The position numbers and the translations under genes are program-made. The notes beneath the pieces were generated by a model. That model ran no database searches and was not told the DNA's origin. It saw only the letters and a list, made by a program, of their open reading frames with translations. From Octopus sinensis (taxonomy: Eukaryota), in NCBI RefSeq assembly GCF_006345805.1, contig NC_043000.1:50468001-50532000 (forward strand): a stretch of DNA of 64,000 bases. The letters run 5' to 3'. Shown one piece after another: positions 39,436-50,997 of this stretch. Numbering within the stretch: position 1 is the stretch's first letter; each line of letters opens with the position of its first letter.

Positions 39436-40629
39436 AAGTACAGATGCAAAATAGAAGCCCTTTTAGAAGTCTGAATTAAGTATGATTTTCTATGAGAAGA
39501 TCTGAAAATCTTTCTTAGCTGTTTCCAAAGTCAGAGCTTGAAAGGAACTAAAGTCAGAGCTAGGGTTTTGTTTTCTTGTAATCTGGTTTGTACATGCAGA
39601 AAGTATTATGATTATGAATGAATCCTGCATATATTTACCTCTGTATATTTCATTCTTGATGCTTTTGAGCTTCCAGTCTGAGGTGAGTTTCTGAAGAGAT
39701 CTTATTCATCCACAGACTCTACGGCCAATTGTTTCCAAGTATGACATAATTAGCCAGCTAAAGGAAGGTCATTTTTAAAGTGATTACATCATCATAAGTA
39801 ATGCATGCAGAAATCATTTCAGAATGTTTGAAGGAAGCAGTATATACTAAGAATCTCAAATTAAAGTTGGTAGTTCCTTCTGATATAACTTTATATCCTG
39901 TAAAGACAAACAACCAAACAGTTAAAGATGTCTGAAGCCACAGTGGATGCCAGCATCACATTGAATTTTCCAGTTAGCGTTCCATAATGTTGATGGCAAT
40001 TTTAGTGGATTAAATTGAAGTGTGAATATTCAAGATTAAAGACAATTTAAAGTTAATTTAATAAGTTTCACTGGCATCTACTGGTAATAGTTTGCAAGTG
40101 TATTTTTAGCAACAATAGCCAGTAGTGATTGCAGCATCTTTTGCAATTCAACCATTAATGTTATGATAAAACAATATTATTTACAGTTATTACAAGTAGA
40201 TTGAGGAATATTTAAGTAGGAAATTTCTCATATATTTGCGGATTTTATTAGCAGTTACGTTTCTAATAGTAAAGCTATTTATATCATAGTAACTAACTTT
40301 TTCACTTGCTAAGATAGGTTTAGGAAATTGACTACTGACTCTGATTTTTGACATTGTTTCTTTATCCATATGATATGTATTAGAAGGCTGATGTTTTATA
40401 AAAAGTGAAACATGATTGTATACATGGGGATTTCCAAAGATTAGTGAGGAGTGAGTTTAGCTAAGTTGTTTGTTGTTCAGTGCAATTTTAGGAGACAGGT
40501 TCAGCTTAAGTTATTTAAACAGCATGCTGAATGTTAGACACTCAGTTGCTGGAAATACAGAGAAATGTATTACTGCAGATTGGAAATATAAATGAATGTT
40601 GCAAAAATTAGTGTACTTGAAGTAACTTT

Positions 40630-40720
40630 ATGCTAATGAAGTGTTGGAATGAAGTAATGAGATCGCACCTGAGGAGATTCGACCTCAGGGAGGAATTGAA
40701 AAGCTCAAGAGGTATGGAAT
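40630..40720 (+). mobile_element. Short RTE C-terminal relic
   Basis: KCWNEVMRSHLRRFDLREEL resembles KTWxEVVRxDLRxLxLTEE. Confidence 0.35.
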
Positions 40721-40877
40721 AATTTTATATTGGAAGATTCATTAAAAAAATTAAATGATGGTAAAAGTGATATGATACTGACTGTTCTGCTATTGAATTT
40801 GCATAACTGCCATAATTTGGTCATCACTTTTGTCTATAGCTGCAATGGCATATAAACTGCATTGCTCTCTCTCTCTT

Positions 40878-40933
<56 letters not shown>

Positions 40934-40956
40934 CATACATATATATATATATATAT

Positions 40957-40997
40957 ACTAGCATTATGACCCGTCTTTGCCGGGTCATAGTGCTAGT
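40957..40997 (+). mobile_element. Isolated Helitron-like 3' hairpin end
   Basis: ACTAGCATTATGACCCG-TCTTTGC-CGGGTCATAGTGCTAGT: 17-bp stem with one mismatch. It ends GCCGGG-N6-TGCTAGT like the 20.3 kb element and is preceded by (CT)n(AT)n. Confidence 0.55.
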
Positions 40998-41099
40998 GCA
41001 TGTATATATGTGTATATATATGTGTACATATTACATGTACATCTATATATATACATCTACACATAAAATACAAAATACAAAGTTATATCTTGATATCGC

Positions 41100-41770
41100 T
41101 AGTGATAACAATACTGAAAATATATAACAATTAGGGGACAGTGAAAGAGAGAGAGAAAGAGAAAGAGATGGTGTAGGGATGTGTTGGGGTTGGTATAAGT
41201 AGTGCAGAGGGAATAAATAGGGGTGTTTCATGAGAATGTGAGGGGATAAGTTAAAATATGGGGACGACATGACTGTAGCAAGTGATGGTGAAGGAAATTG
41301 GAGTGGCTGGGAAAATATGTGAAGGCATGTGGAGTGTGTGGATAGACACATGAGAGAGTAGAGGAACTTGCAGCAAGTGAGGTGCATGAGGGAATGTAGA
41401 GGGAGAGGTCTGCTGAGAGTTTGGACAGAAGTCAGGTAATGTATTTGTGAGGTTGGTCATGGCTGAAAAGGATATGCATGTAAGTGTGGGTGGCCATGAT
41501 TTCACTTAGCTTGATGTGTCTTTTCAAGCACAGCAAATTGCCAGAATTCTTGACTTCTCTGTGAGGTCCTGCAGTCAAAGATCATATTTCACTATATTGT
41601 CTCACATATTCCTGGGTTTCGCTCTTCCACAAGTTCCCTCCACAATTAGAGATCTGCACTCCTTTATGCAGCTGTCTTCATCCATATGCATCACATGACC
41701 ATACCAGCACAGTCTCCTCCCTTGCACACTACATTTGATGCTTCTTATACACAACTTTTCTCTTGAAACA
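41100..41770 (-). mobile_element. RTE-clade LINE ORF C-terminus plus 3' UTR
   Basis: Minus strand reads EKLCIRSIKCSVQGRRLCWYGHVMHMDEDSCIKECRSLIVEGTCGRAKPR, then AVLEKTHQAK* in a shifted frame. This matches the RTE RRLRWYGHV...GRGRPR motif. Confidence 0.8.
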
Positions 41771-44099
41771 CTTACACTGAATTGTACAGTTTAGTCAATA
41801 GTATTTAGGATAGATACATATTTTATTTTATTATTTGGTAATCATATTGAGAAAACACAAAGGTAGTTGTTGTTTTTTAACATTGTGTATGATCATAGAT
41901 ATGGCAAAACTTTGTGGCACAACTGTAAATATCTAAAATGAAATAAACAATACAGTTTAGAATATTATGCTGAAGGGAAAATAGTTATATCACATAAAGA
42001 GGCATTTATGTTTTAAAAGCTAATCACTTCCATGCTTTTACAAAAATTCCAAGTTGTTCATTTTATTACTATCTAAATTAACTGACAGGCTAGGTTTAGC
42101 TTTGGCTTGCTTGATTTGGGATTCTAACTCCTTTTAACAATTGTGCCACTATGTTACACTGATTATCAGTTTATTTGTTGCCATGGAAATAAGAGGTAAG
42201 CTAAAGCCAATAAAATTCCTTAAAAGGTTTTACAGTATTGATCAATACAAATTTTTTAAAGTTTATTTTCTCTTCTTTAATTAGACTGTTTGGAAGCATC
42301 GAAAAACTTCTATGAAAGAGTAAATCTTCAAATCATGTGATAGTTGTATTTAACTTCACTGAATGATATTATTCTATTTTGTTTTATTTTTTTTCCCTTT
42401 TATCTTTGAGTAATACATCATGTAATCTTACTTTATTATTTGTTTTCTGTCCAGTAGTCTATGTTCAATGACCTGTGCATTATTTCCATTTACAATTCCT
42501 ACAAAATTGACAATGCTAAAGTAATTCACTACAAAGAGTTATTCGTTTCTTTTAGCATTAGGGTACAATTGACGTAACTTGAAAGGATAAATCTTTAGAT
42601 TAAGTTATTGAATCAAGCAAGTATAGAATTGAGAAACGATTTTGATCAGTCTATATTGGTGCCAGCTATCTTTGTGCTGGCCATTAATAAGCTCTGTTAG
42701 TTTCCTGCAAAACCAGAATCTTTAATTCAAATAAGATGTTAAAATGGCTGTTGGAAATAGGAAAAGAACATAACAGTGCCAAATATATGCTTTAAATATG
42801 TCAATGTAAATCTGTCTGAATTTAATGTTCATTTTTAATGGATATAGTGAAATACTGAATTGATGGCTACAGCTCACTTTATAGATCTTGATTTATCTAT
42901 AAAAATTTTGGGTTGCATATAACCCTTTGTAGAAAAATAATGGTTCAGTTAAATGAAGAAGTACATAACATTTTAGATATTACTAGAGATATTCTGAATG
43001 CTGAAAACACCAGGAAAACACTGTTAATGATATAATTTGAAATGGCCTTTCTGTGTATGGCACAATTATCAGTTTCTACTGAAATATATCTAATATAAAG
43101 TCAGATTATAAAAGGGCAAATTAAAGTTTTAGCTTTAAAACATCTATTTTGTATGTTTTTGTATATCTCATTCATTTTTTTTCATATCATTTCAGTGTTA
43201 ATTGTGTATTGTTTTCGTTTTTATCAACTCATATTAAAGATATCTAAACTTGTTTAACATTCTGACTTGAAAAATTTCTTTGATATCTTGAGAAAAAAAA
43301 TGTGTCTACTCCATTTATTCATCACTTATATTATCAACTCTATACTTTCCTTATAAATGTCAGGACCTGTCATTTGCATACTGTCACATTCATATGCCAC
43401 CTATTTTTCTGTATAAATTTAATAGAACTTGGCAAGATTATGGTTTCAATATATGCCAAATTTTTTTTATAATTCTGTAATGTAATGCAAGCATGCCTTA
43501 CATTGCATTCCTCAAAATCATGTATTATGGAATTCTGCAATGTGAAACATATTTTCCCTCTTATGTTAAATGGAAATCAATGAACAAAAAACTCAGTGGG
43601 AAAATCTGTTTTGTATTACAGAATTACAGCAAGATTTACAACACTTCCATAATGCAGAGGATGCCTATCCTCAGTTTGTGTCTAAACTGTGCAACACAAG
43701 AAAGTTTTGATCCTTTTTTATTAAATTTTATTGTCTATGCAGGTCTCATATTATATAAGGAACTTAGAGACTTCATGGTAGAAAAAAATGAATTCACCAG
43801 GTGATCTCTTCAGACTCTGCTTTTTCTCATTAATTTCCAAGACAGTATTTGAAGTCCTATTTGTTTGCTTTTTGAATCATGACCATTATTGTCCAAGAAA
43901 ACATTTGTTTTCCAACCATTCATTTTGCCTATTCTTTTGAGGTTTAAAAAAGTATTTCTCTTCAGTTCTTTGTTTATTTGCAAATATTTTAATTCCTGTG
44001 TAACACTGTATTTTTGTTGTATCTAAAATTCTCATTGTGTAAGGCAAATATTTTCCTAAATTCTTCTTCTATTATGCTTCAGTTTTTGCTATGTATCAT

Positions 44100-44290
44100 T
44101 AGCACATCAGTCAAAATGCTTAGTGGCATTTTGTCCACCTTTACATTCTAAGTTCAAATTTCACCAAGGTTGACTTTGTCTCTGTCATCCTTTTTGGAAT
44201 TGATAAAATAAGTACCATTTAAGCACTGGGATCAATGTGATGGACTTAGCTCTCCCAGAAATTGCTGGCTTTGTGCCAAAATTTGAAACC
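44100..44290 (+). mobile_element. SINE family C
   Basis: AAAATGCTTAGTGGCATTTTGTCC...AGTTCAAATTTCACCAAGGTTGACTTTG...GTGCCAAAATTTGAAACC. Confidence 0.7.
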
Positions 44291-44559
44291 AGTATATATT
44301 TTCCAATATGCATTATTTTCATTTTTAATTTTCATTGTTTCTTTTCCTGTTGGTTATCTTCTCAAAATTTGTAATTATGTATTTCTAATTCCAAAATTTT
44401 CATGTTGGTATTAAACTATATGCATATGCTTTATTAGCTTTGCTATAGTGGATTGTCATTTTGAGCACTATTTTAAGACTGACAAGTTTTTCTTCAAATT
44501 ATGTGTAAATTTTGTTTGAATTTATTCATGTTTCATATTTTTTAAGATTTTAGATTTAA

Positions 44560-44765
44560 TCTGTGTGTGTGTGATTGTGTTTGTTCTCCACTACCACTTG
44601 TTTATGTACCTTGTAACTTAGTGGTTTGGTAAAAAGAGACTGATAGAATAACTACAAGATTTTGAAGAAAAATATGTACTGGGGTCAATTTGTTTAATTA
44701 GACCTTTCAAAGTGGTGTCCCAGCAAGGCCACTGTCCAATGACTGAACAAAAAAAAGTGAAAGAT
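44560..44765 (+). mobile_element. Family A SINE 3' half
   Basis: GTAACTTAGTGGTTTGGTAAAAAGAGACTGATAGAATAA...GTGGTGTCCCAGCA...CCAATGACTGAA. Confidence 0.6.
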
Positions 44766-45599
44766 TTAGCATATATAACTTACAGATCTTAGTAATTTAG
44801 CAAATAAAATTATAAGCTTAACGATAAATAGAATTGTATTAGCCTCCATACAGCAAATTAATTAATTTTATACATGATACTGAATTTAGACATCAGTAAT
44901 TAATTTTTGATATAACATCTTTTATAAATTTTATTTCATGTTTAACTTATTTTCAAAAATATTTTCAAATTTTATTAATCATAATCATCATCATAATTAT
45001 TAATACACATTTTAAAATGGCAGTGATGATCATTGATGAAGCAAAAGAAGATTTAAACATTAAATGAAAATTATGTAAGGGTTCTACTTTAAATTAATCA
45101 CTGAAAAAAGAAATTAAAATTAATCTACAGCTCTCTATATTCATGTATAGCTGTCATTAGAGTGTGCTTCTGTGCTTAAGATACACAAGAAAATGTCAAC
45201 TAGTTGCCAAAATATATTCTAAATCTACATCAGGTTCATAAATATTATTGGTTAAAATGTCATTATTTCAACATTTATGACTTTCATGCTATCCACAGAT
45301 ATATTATTTCAGATTAACATACAGATAAAATTCTTGATTTGATCAAACTGGAGTGTGCACCTGATGTAAATTGCTTGCTTCTGTGTTTATAGTTTTTGCT
45401 AGAATACATCCTATTTAGACATGTGTTTGTGAATGTATGACTCCATGTGTATCTATATGTGTGTGTACCCATACATATATACATTCATGCATATATCTGT
45501 GTGTGTTTGCATGTGTGTGTATAAATATATTGCAAATATCTACATACATATTTACACACACACACATACCTATTTGTGTGTGCCACAAGCTCATGTGGT

Positions 45600-45810
45600 C
45601 AGTTTTCCAGGTTCTGTGGCTTATATACTCCTCCTTGGAGGGGACACTGGTCTGTTGCAAGGTTACTCATTTTTGGCAACTGAGTTAACTGAAACAATAT
45701 GAACTGAAATGATTTACACAAGAACACTGCACATTTCCCAGTCCAGAAATCAAAATTACAATCTTAAGATCATGAGTGCAACACCATAACCACTAAGCCA
45801 TACACCCCAC
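45600..45810 (-). mobile_element. SINE family D
   Basis: CCAGTCCAGAAATCAAAATTACAATCTTAAGATCATGAGTGCAACACCATAACCACTAAGCCA. Confidence 0.6.
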
Positions 45811-45838
45811 CAAACAAATATCTGTATGTATGTATACT

Positions 45839-45870
<32 letters not shown>

Positions 45871-45916
45871 TGTATGTATGTATGTATGTATGTATGTATG
45901 TATGTATGTATGTATG

Positions 45917-45948
<32 letters not shown>

Positions 45949-46059
45949 GGTATGTATGTATGTATATATATATATATATGTATGTACAGATATATATGTA
46001 TGTACAGGTATGTATGTATATATATATATATGTATGTACAGATATATATCTATGTACAG

Positions 46060-46095
<36 letters not shown>

Positions 46096-46659
46096 ATATA
46101 TGTATGTATGTATATATATATATGTATGTATGTATATATATATGTATGTATGTATAATATATATGTATGTATGTATATATATATATATGTATGTATGTAT
46201 GTATATATATATATATGTATGTATGTATATATATATATGTATGTATGTATATATATATGTATGTATGTATATATATATATATATATGTATGTATATATAT
46301 ATATATGTATGTATGTATATATATATATATGTATGTATGTATATATATATATGTATGTATGTATATATATATATGTATGTATATATATATATATATGTAT
46401 GTACAGATATATATATATGTATGTATGTATATATATATGTATGTACAGATATATATATATATGTATGTATGTATGTATATATATATGTATGTACAGATAT
46501 ATATATATATGTATGTATGTATGTATATATATATATGTATGTATGTATGTATATATATATATGTATGTATGTATGTATGTATATATATGTATGTATGTAT
46601 ATATATATATATATATTATGTATGTATGTATATATATATATATGTATGTATGTATATAT

Positions 46660-46690
<31 letters not shown>

Positions 46691-46986
46691 GTAATATATA
46701 TGTATGTATGTATGTATGTATATATATATATATATATGTACAGATATGTATATATATATATATATAATATATATATATATATGTATGTACAGATATATAT
46801 ATATATATGTACAGATATATATATATATATATATATAGTATGTATGTATGTATGTATGTATGTATATATATATGTATGTATGTATGTACGGATATATATA
46901 TATATTATGTATGTACAGATATATATATATATATATATATATGTGTGTACAGATATATATATATATCTATATATATATATATATAT

Positions 46987-47200
46987 ACCGGAGTAAACAC
47001 ATAAATGTGAAACAAGGTGGAAAAAAGAGTACTCAAATACCAGTGGTAGAGTAATATGCTTTATTTTAAGCAGCAGAAAATCAACAAAATCTGTTACTCT
47101 GAGTTTCTCGTTGCCGTTCATCAGACAGTTTTTGCTAGAATGATGAACGAGAAACTCAGAGTAACAGATTTTGTTGAATTTTCTGCTGCTTAAAATAAAG
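46987..47200 (-). mobile_element. Short PLE pseudo-LTR-like element with inverted partial duplication, inside a (TA)n/(TATG)n array
   Basis: Unique ~210 bp island within a microsatellite. Arms 47059-47123 and 47141-47200 are reverse complements apart from a 1-nt indel and a 6-nt deletion. It contains the hammerhead core. Confidence 0.6.
47086..47133 (-). ncRNA. Minimal type I hammerhead ribozyme motif (PLE/retrozyme type)
   Basis: Minus strand reads AAAAACTGT-CTGATGA-A CG GCAA CG A-GAAAC-TCAGA-GTA-ACAGATTTT. The CUGAUGA core is at 47124-47118 and GAAAC at 47107-47103. Stem II is 2 bp closed by a GCAA (GNRA) tetraloop. Stem III is short and quasi-palindromic (ACTC-A-GAGT). The GUA cleavage triplet is at 47097-47095 and stem I is CTGT/ACAG. 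One deviation: A-A at 10.1/11.1 instead of the usual G-C. Confidence 0.75.
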
Positions 47201-47372
47201 TATATATATATATATATATATCTATATATGTACAGATATATATATATAATATGTACAGATATATATATATATTATATGTACAGATATATATATATATATA
47301 GTACAGATATATATATATATATGTACAGATATATATCTATATATGTACAGATATATATCTATATATGTACAG

Positions 47373-47409
<37 letters not shown>

Positions 47410-49495
47410 ATATATATACCCACACATAAGATATATGTGTGCGTGCATAGATATCTGCTTGTATATGTCTATGGTTATATTTTTTTTAAGTGTGTGTGAA
47501 TGTGTGTGTGTGAGTTTGGGCATATATATAAATTTATATATATTTATTTGTGCAGACAAGTACACATTTAAAATATTAGCACTCTTAGCTTAGCTTAAAA
47601 ATAATGCAAAACTGCAATAATAATGTTAAAAGTTTTATTTTATACATAGATCAATCAATATACTTGTATATAAATTGAAGCTGACATAATATCACAAGAT
47701 GTTAGCCAAATATGAAAAATGTGTATTGTAAAACATTATCTAGTCTACTTTCATAATGTTATGCTTTGAACGTAATATGTGCTGAAAAAGAAACTCATAC
47801 CATCTGACCAATATCTTGAACAATGCAAATTCTTTTCGTTTTGTAAACACACACACACACATTAACACATAAACATATATCTATACTTATGTTCATACAC
47901 ACACACACTTTGTGAAACTGTAAGAATATACGTCTCTGCATATTTTTCACATCATTTTTATTCAACAAAGTATTGCATTTTTTTATATGTGTACATTCTA
48001 TTTAGACATATGTGTTTATGGATGCATATATATGCATATGTGTGCACATGTTTATGTGTGAACGATTGTAAATTATATGTATACATATAATTCATTTGTG
48101 TAAGTGTTTGTGTGTGTGTTTCGTCAAAAAGGGTAGTGAATATTGACTGGATAGTTGTGTTCTGTAGAGCATGTATATAAGCATCTGGTTTGTTAACTCC
48201 ACCTTGGAAATTGCCTCGAATCAGATTTTTCTCTTGTGTGCCTTTCTTTGAGGTTATAGTTTTATGTGAATGAGAGTTTTAACTACTTGGTCAACCATGA
48301 CTAAAAGTATAGGTTCAAAGCATAGAAAATAGATTTGCTTTTTGTTTTATAGATTTCACTTTCTTTATATTGAATGTCTTCATTTTGTTATAAACCTTTC
48401 CAAAAGTCTGTAGAAGTTAGTTAGTTTCATGCTGCTCAGTAAGAAAGAATTAAGGAAGAGGAAATAAAGAAAGAAATAATAGAGAAGATAGAAATCAATG
48501 TAAACTGAAAGCATTATTTATTCCCTTAATAAAATGTCGAGGCATTGCCAAAATAGACAACTAAAGAAAATTAGTTTAATCAGAAAAAGAAAATTCACAA
48601 AATTATCAAATATAAATTCCTTGAAAGGTGCCAAAAATTACAAATATGGAAAATGCAACACTGCTACTTGTATTTTATTAAAAACAAAAACATAGATAAA
48701 AATGATTTCAAGCAAAATTCCTTTTTTTTATGTTTAAATTTTATTTCACGTTAAAGAGATTTTGTTGACAACAAATAGAAAAATGCTTGTTAGAAATGGA
48801 GCAAAATATTAGAGGTAATGGTTATATGTTCTTTTAGTCTTAATTTACATTTATTGTCAAGTTTGAATTCAATATGCATGATGTAAAAATATGACTGGAA
48901 TCATTATTGTTAGGTTAGGTAATTTGGCCAATATTGGAATAATGCAGTATTTAGCTTCATCTTCCTCAAATTTTGAGTGGAAATCCTACAAGACGTGGCC
49001 TTGCATTTTTCTATGGCTAGTAAAACAATTATCAGTAATGATGGTACTTACTCAGTATGAATTTGAGTGTTTTGTTCTCTACATTGTTTACTTCTCACTT
49101 AGATAAATGTTTTTCATGCAGATGATCCTTCATAATTTACTATCAGTGATTCTATTAAATTGTTACACTTGTCGATGTTCTTTACTCAAAACCTTTATAT
49201 CCTACTGTTCTAAAATCTGGCAAGTACTGTTAAGACTATGCTTTGCTGAGGTGTTTTTATTATAATAAGATTGAAACTTGTTTGGAATTGTCATCTATTT
49301 CTTTAAAATTAGATTCTTTTATGTTCCTTTTCAAATTTTAATTATTTCAGATTTTAGAACAAAATTAGTCATTAAGCTTTTGATTATTTTACCCTGTCAG
49401 AGGTGTAATTATAATTCATATTTTTGCTTCATGTCATAATAGCAAAATACTACACACACATACAGACCTATGTATATATATTTTTTGTGAATTCC

Positions 49496-49499
<4 letters not shown>

Positions 49500-49540
<41 letters not shown>

Positions 49541-49689
49541 ATATAACCTGTGTGTATATATATAAATGGGTTTATATATATACATATATATACATAGGTT
49601 TATATTTAAAATAATAAGGGTGAAAAATTGAATATTAATATATATATATATTATATATAAACCTGTGTATATATATGTATATATAAGCC

Positions 49690-49735
<46 letters not shown>
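49500..49735. repeat. (TA)n-rich array with duplicated TATAAACCTGTGTGTATA-like units
   Basis: Directly visible (units near 49543 and 49655). Confidence 0.85.
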
Positions 49736-49738
<3 letters not shown>

Positions 49739-49854
49739 TTTGGGTATAGTAGATGAGTTCAGCAAAATTTAGATTCAGATGAATATGGTACCTAAGTTGA
49801 GCACCAGAATTTAGTACGGTATTATGCATACAATTTCAAAGTAAGCTGAATAAG

Positions 49855-50267
49855 ATCAAAATAAGCAACAAGGATATCCAGAGGTAATGCAGTATGATTG
49901 TTTCATGCAGCTCTATTTAATTGAACAATGCAGTCATTACATCAGTTTGAAATTCAGAGCAATCCTCATCTGCACAAATACATATAATTTAATTAAATTA
50001 AAACAGATGGACACATTAGTATAATTATACCTAAAATCTCCAAGAAGTTAAGGAGATAGACAAAAACGTGCTGCCTTCACTCCAGCATAGAAGCTACTAA
50101 GGTATCAAGAAGATATACATTGTTACAGACTCTGCCTGTCATTGATTTTTTGTCTTTGGGGGGAGGTCAGTTTTTTTAAATTGACGTAATGATTGCATTG
50201 TTCAATTAAATGGAGTTGCATGAAACAATCATACTGCATTACCTCTGGTTATCGTTGTTGCTTATTT

Positions 50268-50271
<4 letters not shown>
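49855..50271. mobile_element. Fold-back element with 94-bp inverted arms (MITE or inverted PLE pseudo-LTR)
   Basis: 49855-49948 vs reverse complement of 50178-50271: 94 bp with 7 mismatches, ~230 bp spacer, (TA)n directly on the right flank. Confidence 0.7.
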
Positions 50272-50308
<37 letters not shown>

Positions 50309-50669
50309 TATGTATATGTATGCATAATGATGACGATGTACTCTGAGATAAAATGTTGACATATTAGTTCCTGTTATTTAATCAGTTGAACATCATTGAT
50401 TTAGCATACAAAGTGGCTGAATATTGCACAGACAAGTGGAGCTTTGAATTACAGTTAGAACCCATCTGATAAGATTCTGCATAATTTCTGCTGACTGAAA
50501 TTTACTCACAAGTCTTAGATCAACACAAGGAGAGTCTCCTGTTGATACAAAGCTGCTCATAGAAAAAAATATAACCTAGAAGGCACTCTCATGGTATGTA
50601 AGTAGCAGAAAACTAGTTCAAGAAGAGTTGGTAAAGTACCACTTAAATACTAATAAATTATTTATACAC

Positions 50670-50997
50670 TGGCTTCTGTGCCGGTGGTACGTAAAAAGCA
50701 CCATCTGAATGTGGTCGATGCCAGCGCTGCCTTGACTGGCTTCCGTGCCAGTGGCACGTAAAAAGCGCCAACCGATCGTGGCCGCTGCCAGACTCCCCTG
50801 GCACCTGTACCGGTGGCACGTAAAAAGCACCCACTACACTCACGGAGTGGTTGGCATTAGGAAGGGCATTCAGCTGTAGAAACACTGCCAGATCAGATTG
50901 GAGCCTGGTGCAGCCTCCTGGCTTCCCAGACCGTGGTCGAACCATCCAACCTATGCCAGCACGGAAAACGGATGTTAAACGATGATGATGATGATGG
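50670..50997 (+). mobile_element. Family B repeat, young (CpG-rich) copy with three internal units
   Basis: Same blocks as the 34.9 kb copy with CpGs retained and a (GAT)n tail. Confidence 0.8.

Larger units (their letters stand above)
45826..47420. repeat. ~1.6 kb compound microsatellite (TATG)n/(TA)n with recurrent GTACAGATATA units
   Basis: Directly visible; it is the source of the 175-427 aa Y/I/M/V/C pseudo-ORFs. Confidence 0.95.

Noticed and set aside
45826-47593. Long ORFs of 103-427 aa (MYVCMY..., YIYIHT...)
   Set aside because: They are translations of (TA)n/(TATG)n repeats, which lack stops in several frames. The same applies to ORFs at 4.7, 7.1, 14.7, 27.0, 49.5 and 58.5 kb.
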